A stretch of DNA of 64,000 nt from Diaphorobacter sp. GTDB lineage: Bacteria; Pseudomonadota; Gammaproteobacteria; Burkholderiales; Burkholderiaceae_C. The stretch is from the NCBI RefSeq assembly GCF_050176255.1, contig NZ_JBFXIE010000008.1; one strand, 5' to 3'. Below the pieces are notes generated by a model. It saw only the letters and a list, made by a program, of their open reading frames with translations, did not search any database and had not been told where the DNA came from. The translations under genes were made by a program, and so were the position numbers. Shown piece after piece: positions 32,288-41,180 of the stretch (position 1 is the first letter of the stretch; the number at the start of each line of letters is the position of its first letter).

Positions 32288-33052
32288 ATGAAGCACATCC
32301 CCCGCAAACGCTTCGGCCAGCACTTCCTGAGCGACCCCGGCATCATCGACGCCATCGTGCGCGCCATCGCCCCGCGGGCGGGCCAGCCCATGGTGGAGAT
32401 CGGCCCCGGCCTGGCCGCGCTGACCCAGCCGCTGGTCGAGCGCCTGGGGCGTCTCACCGTCATCGAGCTGGACCGCGACCTGGCTGCCCGGCTGCGTGCG
32501 CACGGGCAGCTGGATGTGGTCGAGTCTGATGTATTAAAAGTGGACTTTGCCCAAGTGGCAAAAGCGCTGGCAGCTACAAAAATAAGAGTGGTGGGCAACC
32601 TGCCCTACAACATCTCCACGCCCATCCTGTTCCACCTGCTGGAGTATGTGCAGGTCATTGAAGACCAGCACTTCATGCTGCAAAAAGAGGTCATCGACCG
32701 CATGGTGGCCGCGCCCGCCACCGGCGCCTATGGGCGTCTGTCTGTCATGCTGCAGTGGCGCTATGCCATGGAAGACGTGCTGTTCGTGCCGCCGGGCAGC
32801 TTCGACCCGCCCCCGAAGGTGGACAGCGCCGTGGTGCGCATGGTGCCCTACGCCACGCCCGCCGAGGTGGACGCGGCGCTGCTGTCCGAACTGGTGCAGG
32901 TGGCCTTCAGCCAGCGCCGCAAGCTGCTGCGCCACACCCTGGGCCGCTGGCTGGATGAGCGCGGCTACGCCGGCAGCTTTGACACCCAGCGGCGCGCAGA
33001 AGAGGTGCCTGTCGATGAATACGTGGCCCTCGCGAAATCGGCGTGCTATTAA
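32288..33052 (+). CDS. rsmA: 16S rRNA (adenine1518/1519-N6)-dimethyltransferase RsmA/KsgA
   Basis: [11 protein letters not shown] motif [21 protein letters not shown]. Collinear by eye with E. coli KsgA. Confidence 0.93.
   Translation: MKHIPRKRFGQHFLSDPGIIDAIVRAIAPRAGQPMVEIGPGLAALTQPLVERLGRLTVIELDRDLAARLRAHGQLDVVESDVLKVDFAQVAKALAATKIRVVGNLPYNISTPILFHLLEYVQVIEDQHFMLQKEVIDRMVAAPATGAYGRLSVMLQWRYAMEDVLFVPPGSFDPPPKVDSAVVRMVPYATPAEVDAALLSELVQVAFSQRRKLLRHTLGRWLDERGYAGSFDTQRRAEEVPVDEYVALAKSACY
32528..32590 (-). repeat. AT-rich dispersed repeat, copy H (inside rsmA, antisense)
   Basis: Reverse complement TTATTTTTGTAGCTGCCAGCGCTTTTGCCACTTGGGCAAAGTCCACTTTTAATAC. The first about 21 nt are nearly identical to copy B. 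Confidence 0.6.
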
Positions 33053-33100
33053 AAAAATAGCTACTAGCGCTTGCTTTACAAGGGTTGGGGCTTGAAACGT
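33051..33100 (+). repeat. AT-rich dispersed hairpin repeat, copy D (3' of rsmA)
   Basis: AAAAAAATAGCTACTAGCGCTTGCTTTACAAGGGTTGGGGCTTGAAAC. Confidence 0.65.
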
Positions 33101-33309
33101 CCTTGTGTGCCTTTATGCCACGCTGAGCCAGTAGCCCGCGTTGAACGGGCTGCTCATGCGCAGGGCCTGGGGCGAGACGTCCACCAGTTTGTCGGTGGGC
33201 ATTTTTTCGCCGCAGCTGTCGCTGTTGCTGTCTATCGTGATGGCCTGTGCAGCGGCGCCGTGCAGCGCCTCATCAGCCCGCTCCGCCTGGCCGGCGGTTG
33301 CAGAACGGG

Positions 33310-33735
33310 CTACAGAAAAGAATAGAAGCAGCGAAACGCAATCTTGCGGTCGCTCCAGTACTCGGCGGCGTCACGGAAGATGTCCAGCAATTGCTCGCGT
33401 GCTTCCTTGTCGAACTTGGCGGTGGTGGGGATCTGCTCCAGCACCACGATAAAGCCCGGCTGCGGCCCCGACTTGTGCAGCGGGTCGGTCATGCAGTCGT
33501 ACAGCGCATCGAAGTTCTTGCCGAAATGTGCCGGAAACGTGAACTGCGAAGCGATCAGTTCCAGCACGTCTTGCTTGGTTTGCGCATGTGCAAGGTTGGC
33601 GTAAAGAAAATGGTGGCCCATCGCCTGTGCTGCCCCTTGCAGATCGTGCACGCGGAAGGCGCGGATCGACTGCACGATATTGGGGCGCACACCGCGCAAA
33701 AGCGTTTCCTGATCTTTACGAAGTGGTGTTTCCAT
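33310..33735 (-). CDS. Barstar-family ribonuclease inhibitor
   Basis: FGKNFDALYDCMTD matches the barstar signature (FG.N.DAL.DCL). Lies immediately downstream of the RNase gene. Start METPL at 33735; the ORF-track TTG start at 33783 is possible. Confidence 0.7.
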   Translation of the reverse strand: METPLRKDQETLLRGVRPNIVQSIRAFRVHDLQGAAQAMGHHFLYANLAHAQTKQDVLELIASQFTFPAHFGKNFDALYDCMTDPLHKSGPQPGFIVVLEQIPTTAKFDKEAREQLLDIFRDAAEYWSDRKIAFRCFYSFL

Positions 33736-33868
33736 CTCCGTTGCTCTTTCTTTTAGAGGTCCACTGATTGAAAAATCCGGCAACCCGGGCGTGCGGCTGG
33801 CGGATGAAAAACCGATGGCGTGCCCCGCGCACGCCCATCAAAACATAGACAGCCCGGGGCTGCGGCAG

Positions 33869-34273
33869 TCATTGCATGATTTGTCGAAAGCTCGAGTAAT
33901 GGTCGCTGGTGTAGTAGCAGGCATCCGGCGTGCGGGGAGCACCGCCGCAAACGATGCGCCGCGCACCCCGATGCCGCACTCCCGGCGTCCGAACGGTGTA
34001 TTCGCGGTAGTAGCCGCGCTTTTTCTGCGGCAGCAAGCGCTCGCGATTGCCAAATACCGAGCCATCCTTGTCATACGGAAAAGGCCCCCCTTCGTGGATC
34101 AGCGCATAGGTGGCCCGCCCCTGGGCGGGCAGCTCGGAGAGCGCGATGGTGGGGAGGGACGTGGTGTCTGGCGTCTGCCGCGCGAACACCAGGGCCGGCG
34201 ACAGCCCGATCACAGCACCCAATGCGCACGCCACTACTGCTTTGTACGCCCGGATGGCGACAGCCTTCAACAT
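33869..34273 (-). CDS. Secreted guanyl-specific ribonuclease (RNase Sa/barnase, N1/T1 family)
   Basis: Signal peptide MLKAVAIRAYKAVVACALGAVIGLSPALVFA. GGPFPYDKDGSVFGNRERLLP...YYREYTV.TPG...RGARRIV...SDHYSSF parallels the RNase Sa catalytic E/R/H positions. Confidence 0.8.
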   Translation of the reverse strand: MLKAVAIRAYKAVVACALGAVIGLSPALVFARQTPDTTSLPTIALSELPAQGRATYALIHEGGPFPYDKDGSVFGNRERLLPQKKRGYYREYTVRTPGVRHRGARRIVCGGAPRTPDACYYTSDHYSSFRQIMQ

Positions 34274-34352
34274 TCACAACACCTTTCGGAAACTGCGGGT
34301 TAACCCCGAAATTTCGAGCCGGTAGTGTGACAAAAAGGCAATCAAAAGGCAA

Positions 34353-34379
34353 GCCATTGCCCAAATTTTGGGCAATGGC
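34353..34379 (-). terminator. Perfect hairpin 3' of maeB
   Basis: GCCATTGCCCA-AATTT-TGGGCAATGGC. A second hairpin (TGGCAGA..TCTGCCA) lies near 34395-34414. Confidence 0.6.
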
Positions 34380-34431
34380 ACAGGGTTATCGCCTTGGCAG
34401 ACAGGTATCTGCCAGGATCGGTCACATCGTC

Positions 34432-36744
34432 TCAGCGCACCGCATTGGCGTCGGCCACGGTCAGCGCGGTCATGTTGACGATGCGGCGCACCGTGGCGCT
34501 GGGGGTCAGGATGTGCACCGGCTTGGCCGCGCCCAGCAGCACCGGCCCGATGGCGATGTTGCCGCCAGCCGCCGTCTTGAGCAGGTTGTACGAGATGTTG
34601 GCGGCGTCGATGTTGGGCATGATCAGCAAGTTGGCGTCGCCGGTCAGGGTGCCGTGGGGCATGAGCGCGTTGCGCGCCTTGCCGTCCAGCGCAACGTCGC
34701 CATGCATTTCGCCGTCCACCTCCAGCCAGGGTGCCTGTGCCTGCAGCAGCGCCAGCGTTTCGCGCATCTTGATGGCGCTGGGCTGGTTGCTGGAGCCGAA
34801 GTTGGAGTGGCTGAGCAAGGCGGCCTTGGGCTTGATGCCAAAGCGCACCATCTCTTGTGCCGCCATGACGGCGATCTCGGCCAGTTGCGCGGCCGAGGGG
34901 TCGTAGTTGATGTGCGTGTCCACCACAAACACCTGGCGGCCCGGCAGCAGCAGGCCATTCATGCAGGCATAGGTGGCCACGCCCGCGCGCTTGCCAATCA
35001 CCTGGTCGATGTAGTTCAGATGCATGGGATTGGTGCCCCAGGTGCCGCAGATCAGGCCGTCCACCTCGCCCTTGTGCAGCAGCATGGCGCCGATCAGCGA
35101 CAGGCGCCGGCGCAGCTCGATCTTGGCGATGGGCACCGTCACGCCCTTGCGCTCGGTCAGGCGGTGGTAGGTCTGCCAGAAGTCGCGGTAGCGCGGATCC
35201 TGCTCCACGTTGACGATGTCGTAGTCCTGCCCCTCCTTCAGGCGCAGACCGAACTTCTCGATGCGCTGGGCAATGATGTTCGGGCGGCCGATCAGCGTGG
35301 GGCGGGCAATGTTTTCATCCACCACGATCTGCGCGGCGCGCAGCACGCGCTCTTCCTCGCCCTCGGCATAGGCCACGCGCTTTTTGGTGGCAGCCTTGGC
35401 TGCGGTGAAGATGGGCTTCATGGTGGTGCCCGACGCATACACAAAGGTCTGCAGATGGTCGCGGTAGGCGTCCATGTCGGCCACCGGGCGCTGGGCCACG
35501 CCCGAGTCAAACGCAGCCTGCGCCACGGCTGGCGCGATCTTCATCATCAGGCGCGGGTCGAACGGCTTGGGGATCAGGTAATCCGGGCCAAAAGCCAGCG
35601 GCTCGCCCACATAGGCGGCGGCCACCACTTCGCTTTGCTCGGCCTGGGCCAGCTCGGCAATGGCGTGGACGGCGGCGATCTCCATCTCGGTCGTGATGGT
35701 GGTCGCGCCGCAGTCCAGCGCGCCGCGGAAGATGTACGGAAAGCACAGGACGTTGTTGACCTGGTTGGGGTAGTCGGTGCGGCCGGTGGCGATGATGGCG
35801 TCATCGCGCACGGCTTTCACGTCCTCGGGCGAAATCTCGGGGTTGGGGTTGGCCAGCGCAAAGATCAGCGGGCGCGCGTTCATTTTTGCGACCATGTCCT
35901 GCTTGAGCACGCCGCCCGCCGACAGGCCCAGGAACACGTCGGCGCCCTCGATCACCTCGCCCAGCGTGCGGGCAGCGGTGGGTTGGGCGTAGAGCACCTT
36001 GTCTTCGTCCATCAGCTCGGTACGGCCTTCATAGACCACGCCGGCGATGTCGGTCACCCAGATGTTCTCGCGCGGAATGCCCAGCTTGACCAGCAGTCCC
36101 AGGCAGGCCAGCGCCGCGGCGCCTGCGCCGGATGTGACCAGCTTGACCTTCTTGGGGTCCTTGCCGGCCACCTTCAGGCCGTTGAGGATGGCCGCGCCCA
36201 CCACGATGGCCGTGCCGTGCTGGTCGTCGTGAAAGACCGGGATCTTCATGCGCTCGCGCAGTTTGCGCTCCACATAAAAGCAGTCGGGCGCCTTGATGTC
36301 TTCGAGGTTGATGCCGCCGAAGGTGGGCTCCAGCGCGGCAATGATCTCGACCAGCTTTTCCGGGTCTTTCTCGTTGATCTCGATGTCGAACACGTCGATG
36401 CCCGAGAACTTCTTGAACAGCACCGCCTTGCCTTCCATCACCGGCTTGCCGGCCAGCGGGCCGATGTCACCCAGGCCCAGCACGGCGGTGCCGTTGGTCA
36501 CCACGCCCACCAGGTTGCCGCGGCTGGTGTACTTGAAGGCGGCAGCCGGATCCTTGACGATTTCCTCGCAGGGCGAGGCCACGCCGGGCGAATAGGCCAG
36601 GGCCAGATCGTGCTGATTGACCATCTGCTTGGTGGCGGCGATCGCAATCTTGCCGGGCTGGGGAAACTCGTGGTATTGCAGCGCTTCGCGGCGCAGCAGC
36701 GCACGTTTGTCGGACGGGGTTTGGGCCGCGGGGGTGTCGGGCAT
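34432..36744 (-). CDS. maeB: NADP-dependent malic enzyme (malic enzyme + phosphotransacetylase-like C-terminal domain)
   Basis: 770 aa with [24 protein letters not shown] motifs and a PTA-like C-terminal half. Confidence 0.93.
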   Translation of the reverse strand: MPDTPAAQTPSDKRALLRREALQYHEFPQPGKIAIAATKQMVNQHDLALAYSPGVASPCEEIVKDPAAAFKYTSRGNLVGVVTNGTAVLGLGDIGPLAGKPVMEGKAVLFKKFSGIDVFDIEINEKDPEKLVEIIAALEPTFGGINLEDIKAPDCFYVERKLRERMKIPVFHDDQHGTAIVVGAAILNGLKVAGKDPKKVKLVTSGAGAAALACLGLLVKLGIPRENIWVTDIAGVVYEGRTELMDEDKVLYAQPTAARTLGEVIEGADVFLGLSAGGVLKQDMVAKMNARPLIFALANPNPEISPEDVKAVRDDAIIATGRTDYPNQVNNVLCFPYIFRGALDCGATTITTEMEIAAVHAIAELAQAEQSEVVAAAYVGEPLAFGPDYLIPKPFDPRLMMKIAPAVAQAAFDSGVAQRPVADMDAYRDHLQTFVYASGTTMKPIFTAAKAATKKRVAYAEGEEERVLRAAQIVVDENIARPTLIGRPNIIAQRIEKFGLRLKEGQDYDIVNVEQDPRYRDFWQTYHRLTERKGVTVPIAKIELRRRLSLIGAMLLHKGEVDGLICGTWGTNPMHLNYIDQVIGKRAGVATYACMNGLLLPGRQVFVVDTHINYDPSAAQLAEIAVMAAQEMVRFGIKPKAALLSHSNFGSSNQPSAIKMRETLALLQAQAPWLEVDGEMHGDVALDGKARNALMPHGTLTGDANLLIMPNIDAANISYNLLKTAAGGNIAIGPVLLGAAKPVHILTPSATVRRIVNMTALTVADANAVR

Positions 36745-37000
36745 CAGGGCGTCTCCAGCTCAATGAAGGTGGGGCCGACGCCCTGACCGGATCGCCGGGC
36801 GGGGAGTCGGCTGTATGCGAGCCTGCCGGCGCCCTGGGCCGGCCTTGCATGCCATGCTGCACAAGGGGCGCAAACAGGCTCTGGGGGGGTGGCAATTGTA
36901 GGTGAGCACTGCGCGCAAGCCCGGGTGGGCGGACATGCGCAAGGGGCATCACCCGCGTGACATGAAGGGCGGTCAGGGCGTGCCGCCACGGCGCGTTGCT

Positions 37001-37486
37001 TCAGCGCGGCGGCTGCAGCACGCTGGCGTCGGTATGGATCAGCTCCAGCGGGGCGCGCCGCCCGGCAAGATAGTCCTCGATGGACTGCAGCACCAGCGGG
37101 CTGCGGTGCTGCGTGGTGCAACTGCGCAGCTCATCGGGCGTGAGCCACACGGCGCGCACGATGCCCTCGTCCAGCCTGCGCCCCGGGTGGTGCGCGCCCA
37201 CGGTGCCGGCAAAGGCAAAGCGCAGGTAGGTGATGTCGTGGCCCGTTCGCGTGCGCGTGAAGCGGTTCAGGTACACGCCCACCAGGGCCGTGGGCTGAAA
37301 GTCATAGGCCGTCTCCTCCAGCACCTCGCGCACGCAGGCCTGTATGGGCGACTCGCCCGGGTCCAGGTGGCCTGCCGGGTTGTTCAGCCGCAGGCCGTCG
37401 GCCGTGTCTTCCTCGATGAACAGAAATCGGCCTTCGTGCTCGACGATGGCGGCCACGGTGACGTTGGGTTTCCAGCGGTTTGGCAT
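37001..37486 (-). CDS. NUDIX hydrolase
   Basis: Nudix box GHLDPGESPIQACVREVLEETA. Start MPNRWKP at 37486; the 434-aa ORF-track version is an implausible 5' extension. Confidence 0.85.
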   Translation of the reverse strand: MPNRWKPNVTVAAIVEHEGRFLFIEEDTADGLRLNNPAGHLDPGESPIQACVREVLEETAYDFQPTALVGVYLNRFTRTRTGHDITYLRFAFAGTVGAHHPGRRLDEGIVRAVWLTPDELRSCTTQHRSPLVLQSIEDYLAGRRAPLELIHTDASVLQPPR

Positions 37487-37597
37487 GGCGGCGATTATCG
37501 CCAGCGCACATGCCAGCATTCTGACTTGCGCCAGGTCAAGCCCTGGCACGCAGCCAAGGTCTTGGCTGCGCCGTGCGCTCGGCATAATGCCCAACCC

Positions 37598-37984
37598 ATG
37601 CTGCAACGCATTCGTCACCATCGACAGCTGGGCTCCGTGGTCTTCACGGTGTTCGTGTTCGCGTGGGTGGTGGCGCTGTGGGCCAACGTGCAGGTGCGCC
37701 AGGCCTTGCCCGGTACAGACCTGGCATACCTGGACATCTGTTTCTCCGGCCCCGGGGGCGCGCCAACGCCGGATGCCGCCCCCGCAGCGCACGACAGCCA
37801 CCATGCCGACCCCGGCTGCCTGCTGTGCATTGCTCTGGCCACGCCGCCTGCGCTGACGCTGGCTGCCCTGCGCCCACCCGCCCCGCGCGTACACCCGACC
37901 TCCCTCAGCCGCGCACCGGCGGTGGCGGCCTGGCGGGCGCAGGCGCCGCTGCCCGCGCGCGGCCCCCCGCCCTTGCCCGCCTGA
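37598..37984 (+). CDS. DUF2946-like small membrane/periplasmic protein (copper-uptake associated)
   Basis: N-terminal TM segment, His- and Cys-containing segment HHADPGCLLC, located upstream of a TonB-dependent copper receptor. Start MLQRIRH at 37598. Confidence 0.55.
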   Translation: MLQRIRHHRQLGSVVFTVFVFAWVVALWANVQVRQALPGTDLAYLDICFSGPGGAPTPDAAPAAHDSHHADPGCLLCIALATPPALTLAALRPPAPRVHPTSLSRAPAVAAWRAQAPLPARGPPPLPA

Positions 37985-38087
37985 CTGCAACCACCCGCTG
38001 GCCCGCACGCGCGGCCCGGCGCCCCTTGTTGTTGGCCTGCGTGCGGCCCGCCCCATGCGGCCGGGCCGCCGCGGGCATGGATTTTTC

Positions 38088-40208
38088 ATGACTGCACTTT
38101 CTCTTCCCGCGCGCGCCTTGGGTTGCGCGCCCCTGTCCTCGCACCTCACCCCCGGCGCGCTGGCCTGCGCCTTGCTGCTGACCGGCCCGGCGCTGGCCGC
38201 GGGCGATGCACCCACCGCCCCCACCGCCCCAGTGCCCACGCTGCGCGACGTGGTCGTCACCGCCGTGCACGACCACTCGCCCGTGCAGGTGGTGGCCAAC
38301 CCCAAGCAGCCGCGCCAGCCCGTGCCTGCCAGCGACGCGGCCGACTACCTCAAGACCATTCCTGGCTTCTCGGCCATCCGCAGCGGCGGCTCCAACAGCG
38401 ACCCGGTGTTTCGCGGCCAGTTCGGCTCGCGCCTGCCGCTGCTGACCAACGGCACGCAGCTGCTGGGCGCCTGCCCGGGGCGCATGGATGCGCCCAGCTC
38501 TTACATATCGCCAGAAACCTTTGACGCGCTCACCGTGGTCAAGGGGCCGCAGACCGTCATCTGGGGCCCGGGCGCGTCGGCGGGCGTGGTGCGCTTTGAC
38601 CGCGAGCGCCCCGACTTCACCGAACCCGGCGTGCGCTTCAGCGCCAGCCTGCAGGGTGGCAGCGCCGACCGCAACGACCAGAACGTGGACTTGCAGGCCG
38701 GCAACGCGCAGATGTACGTGCGCGTCACCGCCAACCAGTCCCACGGCCAGGACTACCAGGACGGCAACGGCCGGCGCGTGCCATCGGCCTGGGACAAATG
38801 GAACGCCGACGTGGCGTTGGGCTTCACGCCCGATGCCGACACGCTGCTGGAGCTGAGCGCTGGCGCGGGCGACGGCGAGGCCCGCTATGGCGGCCGCGGC
38901 ATGGACGGCACGCAGTTCCAGCGCGACAGCTGGGGCCTGCGCTTTGAGAAAACCCACCTCACCCCCTGGCTGACCAAGCTGGAGGCGCAGCTGTACCGCA
39001 ACCGCGCCGACCATGTCATGGACAACTTCTCGCTGCGCACCTTTGCGCCCGGCGGCAGCATGGCCATGCCCATGGCCAGCAACGTGCGCCGCGACACCAG
39101 CGGCGCCCGCCTGGCTGCCACGCTGCAGTGGCAGCCCGACTGGCAACTGGTGACGGGGCTGGATGCCATGCACAGCCCCCACGAAAAACGCGCAGGCTCG
39201 CCTAGCCAGCACTACAGCGCCAAGCCCTGGCAGCGCGATGCCAAGTTTGAAGGCCTGGGCGCCTTCGCCGAGCTGAGCTGGCAAGCCCAGGCCGACACGC
39301 GCTGGGTGGGCGGCCTGCGCCTGGACCGTGCCAAGGCCTGGCGCTACACCACCGCCAGCACCACGACGGGCATGGGCGCCATGCCTGCCATGCCTACCAT
39401 GCCTACCACGACGGGCACCGACCAACGCTCACGCACGGCCCTGCCCAGCGGCTTTGTGCGCTGGGAGCACACGCTGGCGCCCCAGAGCGCGCTGGTCTAT
39501 GTGGGGCTGGGTCATGTGCAGCGCTTTCCTGATTACTGGGAGCTGATCTCCCCCGGCAACAGCGCCGCCAATGCCGGCAACGCCTTTGCCACGCTGCGCC
39601 CCGAAAAGACCACCCAGCTGGATCTGGGCGCGCAGTGGAAGGGCGCCGACTGGCAGCTGTGGACATCGGCCTATGTGGGCGTGGTGCGCGACTACATCCT
39701 GTTCGACTACGCTGCCATGAAGTCGGCCGTGCGCAATGTGGATGCGCGCACCGCCGGCTTTGAGCTGGGCGCCAGCCAGCGCCTGAGCACCGCCTGGACG
39801 GCACAGGGCACGCTGGCCTACAGCTGGGGCCGCAACAGCAGCGACGACCGCCCGCTGCCGCAAATGCCGCCGCTGGAGGCGCGCCTGGGCCTGGACTACG
39901 CCCAGGGCCCCTGGAGCGCCGGCGGCCTGTGGCGCCTGGTGGCCGCGCAGCACCGCCATGCCAACGGCCAGGGCAACGTGGTGGGCCGCGACCTGGGCGC
40001 CAGCGCCGGCTTTGGCGTGCTGTCGCTGCACGCGGGCTACCGCATCAACAACCACCTGAAGCTCGCCGCCGGCGTGGACAACCTGCTGGATAAAAACTAC
40101 GCCGAGCACCTGAACCTGGCGGGTAATGCAGGCTTCGGCTACCCCGGTGGTGTGCGCATCAACGAGCCCGGCCGCACGCTGTGGCTGCGCGCGGACATGC
40201 AGTTCTGA
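38088..40208 (+). CDS. TonB-dependent copper receptor (OprC/NosA-like)
   Basis: TonB box/plug (LRDVVVTA), Met-rich insert GMGAMPAMPTMPTT, C-terminal aromatic residue (...LRADMQF). Start at 38088 or 38055. Confidence 0.85.
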   Translation: MTALSLPARALGCAPLSSHLTPGALACALLLTGPALAAGDAPTAPTAPVPTLRDVVVTAVHDHSPVQVVANPKQPRQPVPASDAADYLKTIPGFSAIRSGGSNSDPVFRGQFGSRLPLLTNGTQLLGACPGRMDAPSSYISPETFDALTVVKGPQTVIWGPGASAGVVRFDRERPDFTEPGVRFSASLQGGSADRNDQNVDLQAGNAQMYVRVTANQSHGQDYQDGNGRRVPSAWDKWNADVALGFTPDADTLLELSAGAGDGEARYGGRGMDGTQFQRDSWGLRFEKTHLTPWLTKLEAQLYRNRADHVMDNFSLRTFAPGGSMAMPMASNVRRDTSGARLAATLQWQPDWQLVTGLDAMHSPHEKRAGSPSQHYSAKPWQRDAKFEGLGAFAELSWQAQADTRWVGGLRLDRAKAWRYTTASTTTGMGAMPAMPTMPTTTGTDQRSRTALPSGFVRWEHTLAPQSALVYVGLGHVQRFPDYWELISPGNSAANAGNAFATLRPEKTTQLDLGAQWKGADWQLWTSAYVGVVRDYILFDYAAMKSAVRNVDARTAGFELGASQRLSTAWTAQGTLAYSWGRNSSDDRPLPQMPPLEARLGLDYAQGPWSAGGLWRLVAAQHRHANGQGNVVGRDLGASAGFGVLSLHAGYRINNHLKLAAGVDNLLDKNYAEHLNLAGNAGFGYPGGVRINEPGRTLWLRADMQF

Positions 40209-40215
40209 TGACTTC

Positions 40216-40275
40216 AAAAAAGAGAGCTATCCGCGCTTGATTAGAAAGGGCTAGAGGCATAAAACACCTGATAAA
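40216..40275 (+). repeat. AT-rich dispersed hairpin repeat, copy E (3' of the TonB receptor)
   Basis: AAAAAAGAGAGCTATCCGCGCTTGATTAGAAAGGGCTAGAGGCATAAAACACC. Confidence 0.6.
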
Positions 40276-40340
40276 AGCCGCTCTGGGGCCCGGTACAGAA
40301 GGCTGCAACGCCCGTATCGGGCGCATCACAGCCCAGGGTA

Positions 40341-40402
40341 GGTCAAAATCAGGGTCAAAATGCCGTTAAACCCTTATGCAGCAAGCGCTGTCAGCTATCA
40401 TT
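40341..40402 (-). repeat. AT-rich dispersed hairpin repeat, copy F (3' of ribE, overlaps its stop codon)
   Basis: Reverse complement GAATGATAGCTGACAGCGCTTGCTGCATAAGGGTTTAACGGCATTTTGACCC. Inverted relative to copy E. Confidence 0.7.
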
Positions 40403-41099
40403 CTGAAACGGGTTGCGGCAGGTAGTCGTCCAGCGACAACCCCTTTTCTTTCAGCAGCGCTTCCAGCACCGGCGCCAGGCGGCCCAGGCTTTCCTGCACG
40501 GCCTCGCGCACGGTGTCCACCATCACCTGGGTGCTGCGCTCGATCTCGATGTTCAGGCGGTCGCCCACCTGCACGTCTTCAAACACCGTGGCGCGGCGCG
40601 TCTCGGGAATCAGCCAGACCTCGAACCAGCCCTCGGCGCGGTTCACCTCGGCCACCGTCAGGCTGGCGCCGTGGATGGCGATGTAGCCCTTGGCAAAGAC
40701 ATAGCGGCGAAAAGCCTCGGGCACGGCCACGCGCCACACCAGGTTGTTGTCCAGCACGCGGCGCTGCACCAGTTGCCCGGTGAAGTCGATATGCCCCGAA
40801 AGGGGGTGGCCGCCGATTTCGGCGCCATCCTTGGCGGCGCGCTCCACATTCACGCGGTCGCCCACGCCGTAGCCGCCCAGCGTGGTGATGTTCAGGCTTT
40901 GCAGCATCACGTCGAACGTGGCGCGCGTGGGCGAGAGGATCTCGGTCACCGTCAGGCACACACCATCCGTCGCCACGCTGGCGCCAATGGCGAGGTCCTG
41001 GCAAAAGCCGGTGGGAAATTCGAGGGTGAAGGTGCGCAGGCCTGCGCGGTCTTCAATGGCGGCGATGCGGGCGGTGGCCTGGACGATGCCTGTGAACAT
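40398..41099 (-). CDS. ribE: Riboflavin synthase (alpha chain)
   Basis: MFTGIVQATARI N-terminus and two lumazine-binding repeats (DGVCLTV / HGASLTV). The upstream part of ORF 40398..41294 is CRISPR-repeat read-through. Confidence 0.9.
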   Translation of the reverse strand: MFTGIVQATARIAAIEDRAGLRTFTLEFPTGFCQDLAIGASVATDGVCLTVTEILSPTRATFDVMLQSLNITTLGGYGVGDRVNVERAAKDGAEIGGHPLSGHIDFTGQLVQRRVLDNNLVWRVAVPEAFRRYVFAKGYIAIHGASLTVAEVNRAEGWFEVWLIPETRRATVFEDVQVGDRLNIEIERSTQVMVDTVREAVQESLGRLAPVLEALLKEKGLSLDDYLPQPVSE

Positions 41100-41180
41100 G
41101 GTGGGGAGGGTTTCCGGGCGCGTTGGTGGTAAGCAAGAGAATTTTGCCACCTGCAATGTTTCATGGGCAGCGGGGCCGGG

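Noticed and set aside
33071-33325. Plus-strand ORF 33071..33325 (84 aa) and other small ORFs in the rsmA-barstar spacer.
   Set aside because: The GC3 phase is wrong and there is no RBS or motifs. The minus-strand frame carries the coding-like signal instead (reported separately as an uncertain finding).
37001-38305. 434-aa ORF extending the NUDIX gene upstream, and 360-aa ORF 36902..37984 extending the DUF2946 gene.
   Set aside because: The extensions are low-complexity R/A/G-rich sequence and overlap the divergent neighbour. The Nudix and DUF2946 parts start at internal Met codons (37486 and 37598).
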